Shown piece by piece: positions 19,491-29,949 of a DNA stretch of 64,000 bases. Numbering within the stretch: position 1 is the stretch's first letter; every line of letters starts with the position of its first letter. The position numbers and the translations under genes were made by a program. The stretch is from Gemmatimonadota bacterium. GTDB lineage: Bacteria; Gemmatimonadota; Gemmatimonadetes; Longimicrobiales; Gaopeijiaceae. The stretch lies in contig PXFI01000086.1 in NCBI GenBank assembly GCA_003564295.1, positions 958 through 64,957 of the forward strand, written 5' to 3'. The notes beneath the pieces are model-generated. The model searched no databases. It saw only the letters and a list, made by a program, of their open reading frames with translations, and was not told the DNA's origin.

Positions 19491-20675
19491 TCACGCGGTA
19501 TAGAACTCCCGGATGGCCCGACCCACCTCGGTGATCTGGCTTTCGTTGAGCTCGGGGAATATCGGCAAGCTGACCACCTCCCCGGTGAGTTGCTCCGTCA
19601 CGGGAAGATCTCCCTCCTTCCCTCCGAGGGGGGCGAAGCATTCCTGAAGGTGAAGGCCCTTGGGGTAGTAGAGGCCGCTACCGATGCCTCCTTGGCCCAG
19701 GTATTCCCGAAGCTCATCCCTTCGATCCACCCGGAGCGTGTACTGGTTGTAGACGTGAACGTTGTTCGAAGCGACAGAGGGGATGCTGACCCCGGGGAGG
19801 TCCGAGAAGATCTCGTCGTACAGAAGGGCGTGACGTCGTCGGGCTTCCGCCCACCGCTCCAGATGGGGCAACTTCACGCGCAAGACAGCGGCCTGTAACG
19901 CATCGAGGCGGGAGTTCGTCCCCACCATCTCATGGGAATACATCTGCCTGCCGCCGTGGACCCTGAGCTTCGCCACTATTTCGGCCAATGCTTCGTCGGC
20001 GGTGACCACAAGGCCTCCGTCCCCGAAACCGCCCAGGTTCTTCGTTGGAAAGAAGGAGAAGGCCCCGGCATCCCCCAGGGTACCGGCCATTGCCCAGCCT
20101 CCCGCTGCTACTCCCTCGGTGAGGGAGAGGCTCGGCATCCCTGCAGGATCCTCGGTAAGGGTCGCCGCGGGAAACCCCTGGCGGGCTCCAATGGCCTGGG
20201 CCGCATCCTCCAACACGAATGCGCCCTTGCTCCTTGCCAGAGCCCGGATCTCGGCCATTGGAGCCATCTGGCCGAAAAGGTGGACGGGGATGACCGCCCT
20301 GGTTCGGTCCGTCCATGCCGCCGCAATGCTCCCGGCGGTCACGTTGAAGGTGCTTTCGTCCACATCGCAGAAGACGGGGGTGAAGCCCGAGTTCCATGCC
20401 GCTCCCGCCGTGGCAAAGAAGGTGAAGGCCGGCACGATGACCTCGTCACCGGGCTCCGGTTCGAGGGCCTTCAGGGGCAGGAGGAGGGCGTCGGTTCCGC
20501 TGGCCACTCCCACGGCGAAGGGAACGCCGAGGTACTGGGCCATCTCCTCCTCAAGACTCTGCACCTCGGGGCCGAGGATGAAACGTTGAGAGCCCACGAC
20601 CCTGGCAATTGCCTGGTCAAGCTCGGCTCTCAGGGCGTGGTACTGGAGCTTGAGATCAAGAAACGGAACGGCCAT
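19491..20675 (-). CDS. DegT/DnrJ/EryC1/StrS-family PLP-dependent sugar aminotransferase
   Basis: 394 aa. FILGPEVQSLEEE and SFFPTKNLGGFGDGG (the PLP lysine region). Carries an extra ~25-aa segment before the lysine motif. Confidence 0.9.
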   Translation of the reverse strand: MAVPFLDLKLQYHALRAELDQAIARVVGSQRFILGPEVQSLEEEMAQYLGVPFAVGVASGTDALLLPLKALEPEPGDEVIVPAFTFFATAGAAWNSGFTPVFCDVDESTFNVTAGSIAAAWTDRTRAVIPVHLFGQMAPMAEIRALARSKGAFVLEDAAQAIGARQGFPAATLTEDPAGMPSLSLTEGVAAGGWAMAGTLGDAGAFSFFPTKNLGGFGDGGLVVTADEALAEIVAKLRVHGGRQMYSHEMVGTNSRLDALQAAVLRVKLPHLERWAEARRRHALLYDEIFSDLPGVSIPSVASNNVHVYNQYTLRVDRRDELREYLGQGGIGSGLYYPKGLHLQECFAPLGGKEGDLPVTEQLTGEVVSLPIFPELNESQITEVGRAIREFYTA

Positions 20676-20723
20676 GGATAGGAGAACGCAGGGTTGGTGG
20701 TAGCGACTTCACAGGAAAACCCA

Positions 20724-21776
20724 TCATCGCCCCCGCCCCGGCGCAACACGCAAGGAGTCCGTCACGGGGTCCGGGGGAAAGCAGGAGTCCGAATCCCGCC
20801 CGGGCAAAAGGAATTGTTGGAGCCTGCCGGTCCATCCACCGAAACGGATCTGGTCTATGCGCTCCTCGGCCCGGTCAACAAGGGGGCCCGAGCCGGAGGG
20901 ATCCACCAAGGGCACTTGCCGAAACGCCTCCATGGCAGCTTCGCACTCTCCTCTGTACCCCAGGATCTCTCCCTTTTCGAAGTATGCCATGGCCAGGAGG
21001 TTCCGGGGCTCGCCGATCCGCACCAGCGTCTCAAGATGGCGGAGGGCCTCGTCGTCATCACCCTCGGATCTCATGGCCCGAGCCAGCCGGAAGGAGCAGT
21101 TTCCCAGGCGCCAATCCACCTCGCTGCGGCGCCAGGCGGGAATCCGGTCCCGGTACTCCTCATAGTAGATCACTGCCGTCTCGCAGTCCCCCACCTCGTC
21201 GTAGGCCACTGCAGCCTCGAAGAGGACGCCCGGAACCGAATCGAAATCCGCTGAGGAGAGGGTCTTCTGGAAGAAGGGAAGCGCCCGTCCGTATTCCCCG
21301 ATGTCGGAGAAGTGCTCCGCCAGAGGAAGGGCCAGGTCCTCGACGCTTATGCCGGGACGGAAGTCCAGGGCCGTTTCCACGGCAGAGGCCATCCCGAAGC
21401 GGTCACGGGCTCCCTCTTCCCTCCTGGCCAGACGTACGAAGTCGGCTGCGGCCTGGTCGGCCCAGGAAGAATCCTTGGATACGGCAAGACGGTAGTGCTC
21501 CCTGGCATCGTCGACCCTCCTGAGAGCCACGTAGGTATGGGCAATCCTGGCGTGGACCTCCGGCTCGGTGGCGCCCTGCCTGAGGGCGAGGCGGTACTCA
21601 GCCAGGGCTTCCGCCAGGTCCCCCTTGGCAAAAGCCTGGTCTCCCCGGGAGATGGAACCCTCCTCCTCGCCCAGGAGGGTGCAACCTGCGAGGCCCAAGA
21701 ACACCATCAGAGCCAGCCGGATTGCATCGGATCCGGACAATGGGGTCCGCACCGTCTCGAATCGAGTCGTCTTCAT
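20724..21776 (-). CDS. TPR-repeat lipoprotein
   Basis: ATG 21776. Signal sequence plus lipobox (LMVFLGLAGC). Multiple TPR-like A..Y..A helices. No specific family recognised. Confidence 0.6.
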   Translation of the reverse strand: MKTTRFETVRTPLSGSDAIRLALMVFLGLAGCTLLGEEEGSISRGDQAFAKGDLAEALAEYRLALRQGATEPEVHARIAHTYVALRRVDDAREHYRLAVSKDSSWADQAAADFVRLARREEGARDRFGMASAVETALDFRPGISVEDLALPLAEHFSDIGEYGRALPFFQKTLSSADFDSVPGVLFEAAVAYDEVGDCETAVIYYEEYRDRIPAWRRSEVDWRLGNCSFRLARAMRSEGDDDEALRHLETLVRIGEPRNLLAMAYFEKGEILGYRGECEAAMEAFRQVPLVDPSGSGPLVDRAEERIDQIRFGGWTGRLQQFLLPGRDSDSCFPPDPVTDSLRVAPGRGR

Positions 21777-21852
21777 ACCTATCAAACTAACGAAGCCGCG
21801 CCGGAAATGGGACGCGGCCGCGGGAAAGGTGCAGCAATCATGCCAGAGAGAC

Positions 21853-22584
21853 TCAGAGAGCGGGAGGTCCTCCGCCTTCCCCGAGGGCGGCCAGATAGGC
21901 CTTGGCCCTCATGTCCCGGGGATCCTCCCGGACGCAGCGCTCCCACTCCCGCCGGGCCCCATTCGCATCTCCCTGTCGGTGGAGGGCCACGCCCAGCCGG
22001 AGACGGGCGCTGGTGAAATCCGGGTTTCCTTCCAGGATGGTCTCGAGCTGCCCCTGTGCCTCCTTCCACCGGCCCATCCCCATGAGGGCCTCGGCGTATT
22101 TCGAGCGGATATCCAGAAAACGGGCCCGGACGGCGAGGGCCTTCCTGTACTCCTCGGCGGCCTCCTCGGGATGATCCGCAACCAGGTAGAGATCACCCAG
22201 CTTGGCGTGGGTGATGGCAATCTTGTGACCCACGTCCGAGGGAAACTCCTCGGAGTCGATACGATCCAACTCATCCGCCCTCACCAGGTGTCGCCTGGCT
22301 TCCTCGAAATGGCCCAGCCCCTGCAGGATGATGGCCCGGTTCAGGTGGGCCTCGGCGTAGGTATCCGAAATCCTCAGGGCTTCGTCGAACTCCTCCAGGG
22401 CACCTTCGGGGTCTCCCAACATGGCCAGGCACAACCCCGCTTTGTTGTGGACGTCCGCGAATCCCGGATGCCGGCTCAGGACGGCCTGGAAGAATTCCAG
22501 GGCAGCTTCGTAGTCAGCCCTTTCCCAGGCACAGATGCCTCGTTCGATGAGGTGCTTCGCTGACAGCTTCTCCAGATCTGACAT
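21853..22584 (-). CDS. TPR-repeat protein
   Basis: ATG 22584 (MSDLEKLSAKH..). Consecutive TPR motifs (YEAALEFFQAVLSRHPGFADVHNKAGLCL.., AEEYRKALAVRARF..). Confidence 0.65.
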   Translation of the reverse strand: MSDLEKLSAKHLIERGICAWERADYEAALEFFQAVLSRHPGFADVHNKAGLCLAMLGDPEGALEEFDEALRISDTYAEAHLNRAIILQGLGHFEEARRHLVRADELDRIDSEEFPSDVGHKIAITHAKLGDLYLVADHPEEAAEEYRKALAVRARFLDIRSKYAEALMGMGRWKEAQGQLETILEGNPDFTSARLRLGVALHRQGDANGARREWERCVREDPRDMRAKAYLAALGEGGGPPAL

Positions 22585-22756
22585 GTGGGCACATTTCCGA
22601 GGGAGGCCTTGGTGGTAACCGGAGGTAAGCCCACCGGCATTGCTCAAAGGTTGCAAGTTACGCAAGGAGAAGGGCCCCGGTCCAGGGAGATCGGACCCGT
22701 TCCAGAAACTTCCTTCCTCATCTCGCCCTGAACGGCGGGACTGTTCTGGCCCTCAG

Positions 22757-23725
22757 TCAGGGCCCCTTATGCAGGTGCTCCTCCCGGAACCACGCTACGA
22801 ACTTCCGGATCCCATCTTCGAATTCCCACTTCGGATCGTACCCCAGCAGGCTCCGTGCCTTCGAAACGTCGGCGAAGGTCTGCTCCACGTCACCGGGTTG
22901 TGGTGGTAGCCAGCGAATCCGAGGCTCCACGCCCAGCTCTTGGGCAAGAACCCCCACCATCTCCCGGAGCTCCACGGTACGGCTCTCGCCCAAATTTACG
23001 ATATCGAATGCGCCGTCGGTCCGATCCACCCACTCCAGCGCTCCCTCCACACCCTGGAGGATGTCGTCGATATAGGTGTAGTCTCGCCTGGAGGTTCCGT
23101 CTCCGAAGACGGGGATCTCCTCCCCGGCCTCCATGAGGCGGGCGAACTTGTGAATGGCCAGATCCGGCCGCTGCCGAGGGCCATAAACGGTGAAGAACCG
23201 CAAACACAGAAAGGTGATCCCGTAGAGGTGACTGTAGGTGTGGCCCAGAAGCTCTCCGGCCCTCTTGCTGGCGGCATAGGGGGAGATGGGTTGGTCCACC
23301 CGGTGCCCTTCCGAGAAGGGCACCTCACTGTTGTTTCCGTAGACTGACGACGAGGACGCGAACACGAACCGGCGTATTCCCCGTTCCCGGGCAAACTCCA
23401 GAAGCCTCAGGGTACCCATGACATTGACGTCGTAATAGAGGGCGGGCTGGGCGATGGAGGGGCGGACACCGGCCCGTGCCGCCACATGGACTACGGTACG
23501 GATCCCGGATGGGAGCTCGGCCAAAGCCTCGGTGTCCCGAATGTCCCCTTGAACGAGAGCGAAGGTCTGGTGGTCCAGGGAGGCGGACAGGTTCCGCTCC
23601 TTGATGGCCCGGTCGTAGAAATCGTCGAGATTGTCCAGCCCCACCACCCTGCGCCCGTCGGCCAGGAGGCGCTCGGACAGATGGGAGGCGATGAAGCCGG
23701 CTACGCCGGTAAGCAGAATGCTCAT
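22757..23725 (-). CDS. NAD-dependent epimerase/dehydratase (UDP-glucuronate 4-epimerase-like)
   Basis: ILLTGVAGFIASH, SPYAASK (YxxxK) and RFFTVYGPRQRPD. 322 aa. Adjacent to the UXS-like and ugd genes. Confidence 0.85.
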   Translation of the reverse strand: MSILLTGVAGFIASHLSERLLADGRRVVGLDNLDDFYDRAIKERNLSASLDHQTFALVQGDIRDTEALAELPSGIRTVVHVAARAGVRPSIAQPALYYDVNVMGTLRLLEFARERGIRRFVFASSSSVYGNNSEVPFSEGHRVDQPISPYAASKRAGELLGHTYSHLYGITFLCLRFFTVYGPRQRPDLAIHKFARLMEAGEEIPVFGDGTSRRDYTYIDDILQGVEGALEWVDRTDGAFDIVNLGESRTVELREMVGVLAQELGVEPRIRWLPPQPGDVEQTFADVSKARSLLGYDPKWEFEDGIRKFVAWFREEHLHKGP

Positions 23726-23750
23726 GGCACCCGGGGGGTTGGAGGCGGGT

Positions 23751-24713
23751 TCAATGCAAGGTCCTGGCCTGGGCTCCCTCCTCCTCCACCAGAGCCCGGA
23801 AATGGGGAATTGTGGCTCTCAGGCCGTTCCTGAGGTCGACGGCGGGCGCCCAGGCGAGGAGGTCCCGGGCTAGACTGATGTCCGGCCTGCGGACCTTCGG
23901 ATCGTCCTCCGGCAGGGGGCGCTCCAAAAGCCTCGACGAGCTCCCTGTCTCCCGGACAACCATTTCCGCCAATTGTCGAACGGTGAACTCCCTGGGATTT
24001 CCAAGGTTCACGGGACCGTTGTAGTCCGAGAAGAAGAGGCGAAAGATGCCCTCAACTTCATCCTCCACGAAGCAGAAAGACCGGGTCTGGCTTCCGTCGC
24101 CGTAGAGGGTGATGGGATCTCCTCTAAGAGCCTGGACGATGAAATTCGAGACCACCCGGCCGTCCGCAGGCCGCATCCTGGGCCCGTAAGTGTTGAAGAT
24201 CCGAGCAATGCGGGTGTCCAGGCCGTGGTAACGATGGTAGGCCATGGTGATGGCCTCGGCGAATCGCTTCGCCTCGTCGTAGACTCCCCGAGGACCGATG
24301 GGGTTCACGTGCCCCCAGTAATCCTCGCTCTGGGGATGGACCTGGGGATCGCCATAGACCTCCGACGTGGAGGCCAGGAGGAACCGCGCCTTGTGAGCCT
24401 TCGCCAGTCCCAGAGACACGTGGGTGCCAAGACTTCCCACCTTCAGTGTCTGGATGGGGAGCTCAAGGTAATCCACGGGACTCGCCGGAGAAGCGAAGTG
24501 GAGGACACCATCCACCCGATCCGCCAGGTACAAGGGCCCCGAGATGTCGTGCTCGATGAGGAAGAAGTCGTCCCTGTCCTGCAGGTGCCGAAGGTTCCTC
24601 CAGCTCCCGGTGACGAAATTGTCCACGCCCACCACCCTGTGCCCCTCCGCCAGAAAACGGTCCACCAGATGGGACCCCAGGAAGCCGGCAGCGCCGGTGA
24701 TGAGAACACGCAT
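23751..24713 (-). CDS. UDP-glucuronate decarboxylase (UDP-xylose synthase-like SDR)
   Basis: Start trimmed to ATG 24713: [28 protein letters not shown]. Also YDEAKR and IFNTYGPRM motifs, typical of the UXS/ArnA-decarboxylase type. Confidence 0.85.
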   Translation of the reverse strand: MRVLITGAAGFLGSHLVDRFLAEGHRVVGVDNFVTGSWRNLRHLQDRDDFFLIEHDISGPLYLADRVDGVLHFASPASPVDYLELPIQTLKVGSLGTHVSLGLAKAHKARFLLASTSEVYGDPQVHPQSEDYWGHVNPIGPRGVYDEAKRFAEAITMAYHRYHGLDTRIARIFNTYGPRMRPADGRVVSNFIVQALRGDPITLYGDGSQTRSFCFVEDEVEGIFRLFFSDYNGPVNLGNPREFTVRQLAEMVVRETGSSSRLLERPLPEDDPKVRRPDISLARDLLAWAPAVDLRNGLRATIPHFRALVEEEGAQARTLH

Positions 24714-24724
24714 GGAAGCCACCT

Positions 24725-26047
24725 TTAAACGGTCCCGGGCCTCACGGCCACCCGTCCCACCGAGTAGTACTCGAACCCCAGCTCCCTCATCCTTTCGGGA
24801 CGATACAGGTTGCGGCCGTCGAACACCATGGGGGATTTCAGGGCGTCTCTGATGCGGGGGAAATCGGGGCGACGGTACGGTAACCACTCGGTGTGGATGA
24901 TGAGGGCGTCGGCGCCCTCAAGGACGTCGTAGTTGTTCGAAAAATACTCTATGGAGGTGCCCAGGACACGTTTCGCCGCCTCCATGGCCGCAGGATCGTG
25001 GGCGGCCACGGTGGCGCCACGGGCCAGAAGGGCGGGGATGGTCACAAGGCTCGGAGCCTCTCGCATGTCGTCGGTATTCGGCTTGAAAGCCAGGCCCCAC
25101 AGGGCGAATCGGCGTCCCTTCAGGTCCTCACCAAAACGCCCGATCACCCGCCGGAAGAGCAATCCCTTCTGGGCATCGTTCACCGCCTCCACGGCCTCGA
25201 GTATGGAGGCGTCGATCCCCTCCTCTTTCATGGTGCGAATGAGGGCCTTCACGTCCTTGGGAAAACAGGACCCTCCGTAGCCCACCCCTGGAAAGAGAAA
25301 GGCCGGCCCAATACGCGTGTCGGATCCGATACCCCTGCGGACCATGTCCACATCGGCCCCCGCCGCCTCACAGAGGTGGGCCAAGGTGTTCATGAACGAG
25401 ATCCGGGTGGCCAGCATGGCGTTTGCGGCATACTTCGTGATCTCCGCTGCCGCCACATCCATGAAGAGGACGGCATTGCCCGTCCTGACGAAGGGTGAGA
25501 ACAGTTCCGTCAGGACCTTGCCGGCCAACTCCGAGTCCACCCCCAGGACGACCCGGTCCGGCTTCATGAAGTCCTCCACCGCAGCTCCTTCCTTCAGGAA
25601 CTCGGGGTTGGAGCAGACGTGAACGGGGTGATGGGTCTCAGCCTCGATGGCTGCCCGGACTCTGGCCGCCGTTCCAACGGGGACGGTGCTCTTGGTAATA
25701 ATGATCTTCCCGCCGTTCATGGCGCGGCCGATGGCCGCCGCCACCCCGAGAACATGCTGGAGGTCGGCGGAGCCGTCCTCGTCCGGGGGAGTGCCCACGG
25801 CGATGAAGATGATCTCCGAAGCCTGGACAGCCTGGGCAACATCGGTGGTGAAGCGCAGGCGCCCGGAAGCCAGGTTGCCCTCCACCAGCGGCTCCAGGCC
25901 CGGCTCGAAGATGGGCACCTCACCCCGACTGAGGCGTGCGATCTTGTTCTCGTCGATATCGGCGCAGATGACATCGTTGCCTGTCTCGGCGAGGCAGGCT
26001 CCGGCCACCAAACCCACGTACCCCGTGCCAATGACAGCGATCTTCAT
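24725..26047 (-). CDS. ugd: UDP-glucose 6-dehydrogenase
   Basis: [14 protein letters not shown] and [11 protein letters not shown] (catalytic Cys). 440 aa. Confidence 0.92.
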   Translation of the reverse strand: MKIAVIGTGYVGLVAGACLAETGNDVICADIDENKIARLSRGEVPIFEPGLEPLVEGNLASGRLRFTTDVAQAVQASEIIFIAVGTPPDEDGSADLQHVLGVAAAIGRAMNGGKIIITKSTVPVGTAARVRAAIEAETHHPVHVCSNPEFLKEGAAVEDFMKPDRVVLGVDSELAGKVLTELFSPFVRTGNAVLFMDVAAAEITKYAANAMLATRISFMNTLAHLCEAAGADVDMVRRGIGSDTRIGPAFLFPGVGYGGSCFPKDVKALIRTMKEEGIDASILEAVEAVNDAQKGLLFRRVIGRFGEDLKGRRFALWGLAFKPNTDDMREAPSLVTIPALLARGATVAAHDPAAMEAAKRVLGTSIEYFSNNYDVLEGADALIIHTEWLPYRRPDFPRIRDALKSPMVFDGRNLYRPERMRELGFEYYSVGRVAVRPGTV

Positions 26048-26198
26048 CTTTCGGTCCCTTCAGGTGTCATCATGCCATGACGGAAGCGCTCTGCCATGGA
26101 CGTCCACCGCGAACTGCGTCCCACTCGGTTCGGCGACTCTTGCCGTTCGGGACTTCTGCGAACCGATAGCCCCGGGTCCGGCCCGGGCCTTCCCCGGA

Positions 26199-26975
26199 TC
26201 ACACCAGCCAGACCTCCAGGAGCTCCGCCAGCAGCTCGGCCCTGGCCGCCAAGAGATTGGGCAACAAGGGCCTGGGCCGGTTGAACCTTGGCCGGGAACC
26301 GTCGGCATGGAGAAGGCTGCCGCCGGCGGCCTTCACCAGTGCCGCCCCCGCAGCCACATCCCACTCGTGCTTCGGCACCAAGGTCCATGTCCCGTCGGCC
26401 AGCCCTGCGGCCACCTGGGCCAGCTTGAAGGCGACGGACCCGCAGGGTCTCACCTGGAAGGGAGCGTTCCGGTACCGTTCCCACTCTCCACGCTTCCACT
26501 CGCTCCGGGAGGCCAGAACCAGCGCTCCCTCCAGGCTCCTCAGGTTTGTCATGCCCACGGGCTCCCCGTTCAGGGTGACCCCGGTCTCCAGGGAGCCCAG
26601 CACCAGCTGGCCGGAGGGAGGGCTGAGGATCCCTCCTGCGACAGGCTCCCCGTCCTCCACCAGGCCAACGGAGATGCACCATTCGGGAATTCCTTGCACA
26701 AACTCACGGGTCCCATCCAGGGGGTCCACCACCCACACCCGGCGATGCTGCAAGCGCTCCGGACTGTCGGCGGTCTCTTCCGAGAGCCACCCTTCCCCCT
26801 GCACCGGAAGCGTTTCCATAAGGACCTCGTTCACGGCCAGGTCGGCCGCAGTAACGGGGTCCCCGCAACGACTCTTCTCCTCATACTCGATGGCACCCGG
26901 AGTGAAGGCCCGCACGGCCTCCACACCGGCCTCCAGGGCCTCCCGGATCCGCATCAGATCGTCGTGTCGTGACAT
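26199..26975 (-). CDS. Inositol monophosphatase / CysQ-family phosphatase
   Basis: Metal-binding motifs WLSEE and WVVDPLDGTREF, plus a WDVAAG motif. 258 aa. Confidence 0.8.
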   Translation of the reverse strand: MSRHDDLMRIREALEAGVEAVRAFTPGAIEYEEKSRCGDPVTAADLAVNEVLMETLPVQGEGWLSEETADSPERLQHRRVWVVDPLDGTREFVQGIPEWCISVGLVEDGEPVAGGILSPPSGQLVLGSLETGVTLNGEPVGMTNLRSLEGALVLASRSEWKRGEWERYRNAPFQVRPCGSVAFKLAQVAAGLADGTWTLVPKHEWDVAAGAALVKAAGGSLLHADGSRPRFNRPRPLLPNLLAARAELLAELLEVWLV

Positions 26976-27097
26976 GGTACCGGCCAGGCAGGCCGCCTTT
27001 CTCCCATGGACGACGAGGCATGGGCCTCGTCGGAGTATTTCGAAGACAGGCAGTGCTCAGCCTGCCCCCGGGACGTGATCCTGGATTCTGGCCTCAG

Positions 27098-28429
27098 TCA
27101 CATTACGGGCCCCTTGACGATCCACCCCTCCCCCTGACCTCCGGACGAGGAGACGAGCCCTCGGGTCGCGTTCCTTGAATCCACCACGATGGGGGCCCTC
27201 CGAAAAACGCGGGCGTGATCCACGCTTGAATGATTCGTCACGATGACTGCCACGTCCACCGAGTCCAGCACACCGTCGGTCAGGGGTACTCCCACCCATT
27301 CCCTGCCTTCCTCCTCCAGTCGGGGCACAAAAGGATCGTGGTAGTCCACAACCGCTCCATCGGCTTCCAGCAAGCGAATGATGTCCAAAGCCGGAGACTC
27401 CCGGACATCGTCCACATCGGGCTTGTACGCCACACCCAGAACCAGTACCCTCGACCCGTTGACGGCCCTTCCGGCCCGGTTGAGGGCCTCCCAGACCTTT
27501 CCCACAACAAACTCGGGCATGTAGGAGTTGACCTCGGAGGCGACGTCGATGAAACGGGTCTTATAGTTCAGCGTCCGCATCTTCCATGACAGGTAATGAG
27601 GATCCACCGGGATGCAGTGTCCTCCCAATCCAGGTCCCGGAGTGAACTTCATGAACCCGAAGGGCTTCGTGGCCGCGGCATCGATCACCTCCCACACGTC
27701 CACCTTCAGCCTGTCGGCGATGAGGGCCACCTCGTTCACTAAGCCTATGTTCACTGCCCGGAAGGTGTTCTCCAAGATCTTGGTGAGCTCTGCCGCTTCC
27801 GTGGAAGTCACCGGGACCAAAGCATCGAAGAAGCGGGAATAGAGGGCCAGTCCCACCTGAGTACATGTCGGAGTGATGCCACCCATGACCTTGGGGGTGT
27901 TTCTGGTCACCCAGACACGGTTGCCCGGATCCACCCGCTCCGGAGAGAAGCAGAGGAAGAAGTCCCTCCCCACTTCCAATCCCTTCCTTTCCAGCTCAGG
28001 CAGGACGATCTCCCTGGTGGTCCCCGGATAGGTGGTGGACTCCAGCACTACCAGTTGCCCGGGTTTGAGAGCTCCCGCCACCGCCTCCGTGGCAGCGAAG
28101 ATGAAGGAGATGTCCGGGTCCCGGGTCTTGGAGAGAGGCGTGGGAACGCAGATGGAGATCCCGTCGCATTCCCCCAGTCGGCTCATGTCATTCGTCGCTT
28201 CCAGCCGACCGGCACTCACCTGCTCTGCAATGTCCTCGTCGGTCAGGTCTTGGATGTGGGAACGTCCACCCTGGATCTCGGCAACCACACGCTCCTTCAC
28301 GTCGAACCCTAGAACCCTGATCCCGCTCCGGGCGGCCTCCACGGCCAAGGGCAATCCTACGTATCCCAGGCCCACGACGCCGAAGGTCAGATCGGCATCT
28401 GCGAATCTCTCAAACACGTTTTGCGGCAT
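27098..28429 (-). CDS. Nucleotide-sugar dehydrogenase (UDP-N-acetyl-hexosamine dehydrogenase-like, WecC/WbpA type)
   Basis: Start trimmed to ATG 28429: MPQNVFERF..FGVVGLGYVGLPLA. Also GLGGHCIPVDP (catalytic Cys). 443 aa. Confidence 0.85.
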   Translation of the reverse strand: MPQNVFERFADADLTFGVVGLGYVGLPLAVEAARSGIRVLGFDVKERVVAEIQGGRSHIQDLTDEDIAEQVSAGRLEATNDMSRLGECDGISICVPTPLSKTRDPDISFIFAATEAVAGALKPGQLVVLESTTYPGTTREIVLPELERKGLEVGRDFFLCFSPERVDPGNRVWVTRNTPKVMGGITPTCTQVGLALYSRFFDALVPVTSTEAAELTKILENTFRAVNIGLVNEVALIADRLKVDVWEVIDAAATKPFGFMKFTPGPGLGGHCIPVDPHYLSWKMRTLNYKTRFIDVASEVNSYMPEFVVGKVWEALNRAGRAVNGSRVLVLGVAYKPDVDDVRESPALDIIRLLEADGAVVDYHDPFVPRLEEEGREWVGVPLTDGVLDSVDVAVIVTNHSSVDHARVFRRAPIVVDSRNATRGLVSSSGGQGEGWIVKGPVM

Positions 28430-28606
28430 GGCGAGTGCTCGTCCTTGCGTTGAAGCGTCTGAGTCGGGCAATCCCGGGTGTCTCCGGGCCGATACCGGCA
28501 CTGAGCCCCACGAAAGCGGGCCCTGCACGGGCAGGTTCCATTCGAGGCTCGTAAGAAGGGGGGGGCAACCGGGCCCTGCCCAGCTGTAAGGCCCCCTGCC
28601 CCCACC

Positions 28607-28644
28607 AAACACGAAAAGAGCCGCTGACACGGCAGCCAGCGGCT
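28607..28644 (-). terminator. Putative intrinsic terminator after rpmB
   Basis: Minus-sense AGCCGCUG-gcugccgugu-CAGCGGCU (8-bp stem) followed by CUUUUCGUGUUUGG. Lies ~35 nt after the rpmB stop. Confidence 0.55.
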
Positions 28645-28678
28645 TTACCATGGAAGATAAGGGCCACCCCAGGCAATC

Positions 28679-28903
28679 CTACCCCGCGACCTCGGCTTCC
28701 TTGGGACGCACGGGAGCCTTTTTGATTCGTCCCGACTTGATGCAATTCGTGCAGACCCGCATGCGGCGATTCTGGCCCCGGTCGTCAATAATCTTCACAG
28801 ACTGAAGGTTCGGCAACCACCGGCGCCGTGTCTTATTGTGGGCGTGGCTGACATTGTTTCCCGTACCAGGACTCTTACCGCACACCTGACACACTCTGGC
28901 CAT
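28679..28903 (-). CDS. rpmB: 50S ribosomal protein L28
   Basis: [34 protein letters not shown]. 74 aa. Confidence 0.95.
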   Translation of the reverse strand: MARVCQVCGKSPGTGNNVSHAHNKTRRRWLPNLQSVKIIDDRGQNRRMRVCTNCIKSGRIKKAPVRPKEAEVAG

Positions 28904-28972
28904 GATCTTGATCCCTTACTCCCTCGTCTTCACGCAGGCTCTTCGACGGGGAAGCGCCCGTCACCGCTCCTC

Positions 28973-29515
28973 CTAGGTCCCCTCGGCGTCTTCCCCTCTA
29001 GCAAGAGTCTGGACCCTGAAGGCCTCCAGGAAAGGGGAGCCCACCGCGAACTCGGCCACGATCCTGTCTCCCTCGGTGGGGAAAGCGCCGGCATCGCCCC
29101 AGGCCACCAGGGCGGAGTCCGTCATCATGAGCACGGTGCCCACCAGGTTCATGGATTGCCCCGACGCGACAGAAACGCCGGCTTCAATAGCGGGGGACGC
29201 GAGCTTCACCAGGAACGGGCGGTCCTCAGGGCCGATCCAGAAGGCCTGGTCACCCAGCCGACTGGTCACCTGGGCGCCCGTCACTTCCACCGTCTGCCCC
29301 TCGAAACGCTGGGCATCGACCAGAAAGTCGTCAATGTCCAGGATTGCCGAGACTCCCGGACCTCTATCGGGCCCCTCCTCAACCTGCACGACCTCTGTGG
29401 GCTGTGCGGTAATGTTGAGCCAGTAGAGAAAGCCCACCAACAACAGAAGGGCGGCGATCATCAGTGGCAGGGATAGGTGTTCGGCAAATCCCCGGCGAGA
29501 TCCGAAGGTGGTCAT
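28973..29515 (-). CDS. Hypothetical membrane-anchored protein
   Basis: ATG 29515: MTTFGSRRGFAEHLSLPLMIAALLLLVGFLYWL (one TM helix), then a ~140-aa soluble domain with no motif I recognise. Lies 19 nt downstream of rplQ. G/C-rich third codon positions are consistent with coding. Confidence 0.55.
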   Translation of the reverse strand: MTTFGSRRGFAEHLSLPLMIAALLLLVGFLYWLNITAQPTEVVQVEEGPDRGPGVSAILDIDDFLVDAQRFEGQTVEVTGAQVTSRLGDQAFWIGPEDRPFLVKLASPAIEAGVSVASGQSMNLVGTVLMMTDSALVAWGDAGAFPTEGDRIVAEFAVGSPFLEAFRVQTLARGEDAEGT

Positions 29516-29534
29516 GGTCCGTGTACCTTTCCTG

Positions 29535-29900
29535 TTATTCAGAGCCCTTTTCCACCAATTCAATGAGGGCCATCTCCGCTGCGTCACCCCGGCGGGTGCC
29601 GAGCTTCAGGACCCGGGTGTACCCCCCTGGTCGTTCGGCAAACCGAGGCGCCAGGTCGTCGAAGAGCTTTCCGAGTATCTCTCGGTCCGAGATCTTCCTG
29701 GCCGCCAGGCGACGGGCATGAAGATCACCCCGCTTCGCCAGAGTGATGATCCGCTCTGCGAAGGGGCGGAGCTCTTTGGCTTTGACCGTGGTCGTCTCAA
29801 TCCGCTCATGGCGAAACAACGCTATGGCCATGTTCCGGAGCATCGCCTTTCGATGGGCGGCGGTCCGATTCAGCTTCCGGCCCTTCTTCCGATGTCGCAT
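29535..29900 (-). CDS. rplQ: 50S ribosomal protein L17
   Basis: [38 protein letters not shown]. Confidence 0.95.
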   Translation of the reverse strand: MRHRKKGRKLNRTAAHRKAMLRNMAIALFRHERIETTTVKAKELRPFAERIITLAKRGDLHARRLAARKISDREILGKLFDDLAPRFAERPGGYTRVLKLGTRRGDAAEMALIELVEKGSE

Positions 29901-29949
29901 CGGTCGTGTCCTAACCTAGGGCATGGGTTTCCATATGTATAGAGCGGGC

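Noticed and set aside
18595-19641. Long N-terminal extensions in the ORF track for bamD. The same applies to the UXS-like gene, the second sugar dehydrogenase, adk, fusA, rpsL, rplB, rplW, rpsD, tolQ and the LysM gene.
   Set aside because: The extensions are low-complexity and often overlap the upstream gene. They precede an internal ATG that restores the conserved N-terminus (a lipobox, Rossmann motif or P-loop at the expected distance). Starts were trimmed accordingly and are not interpreted as novel domains.
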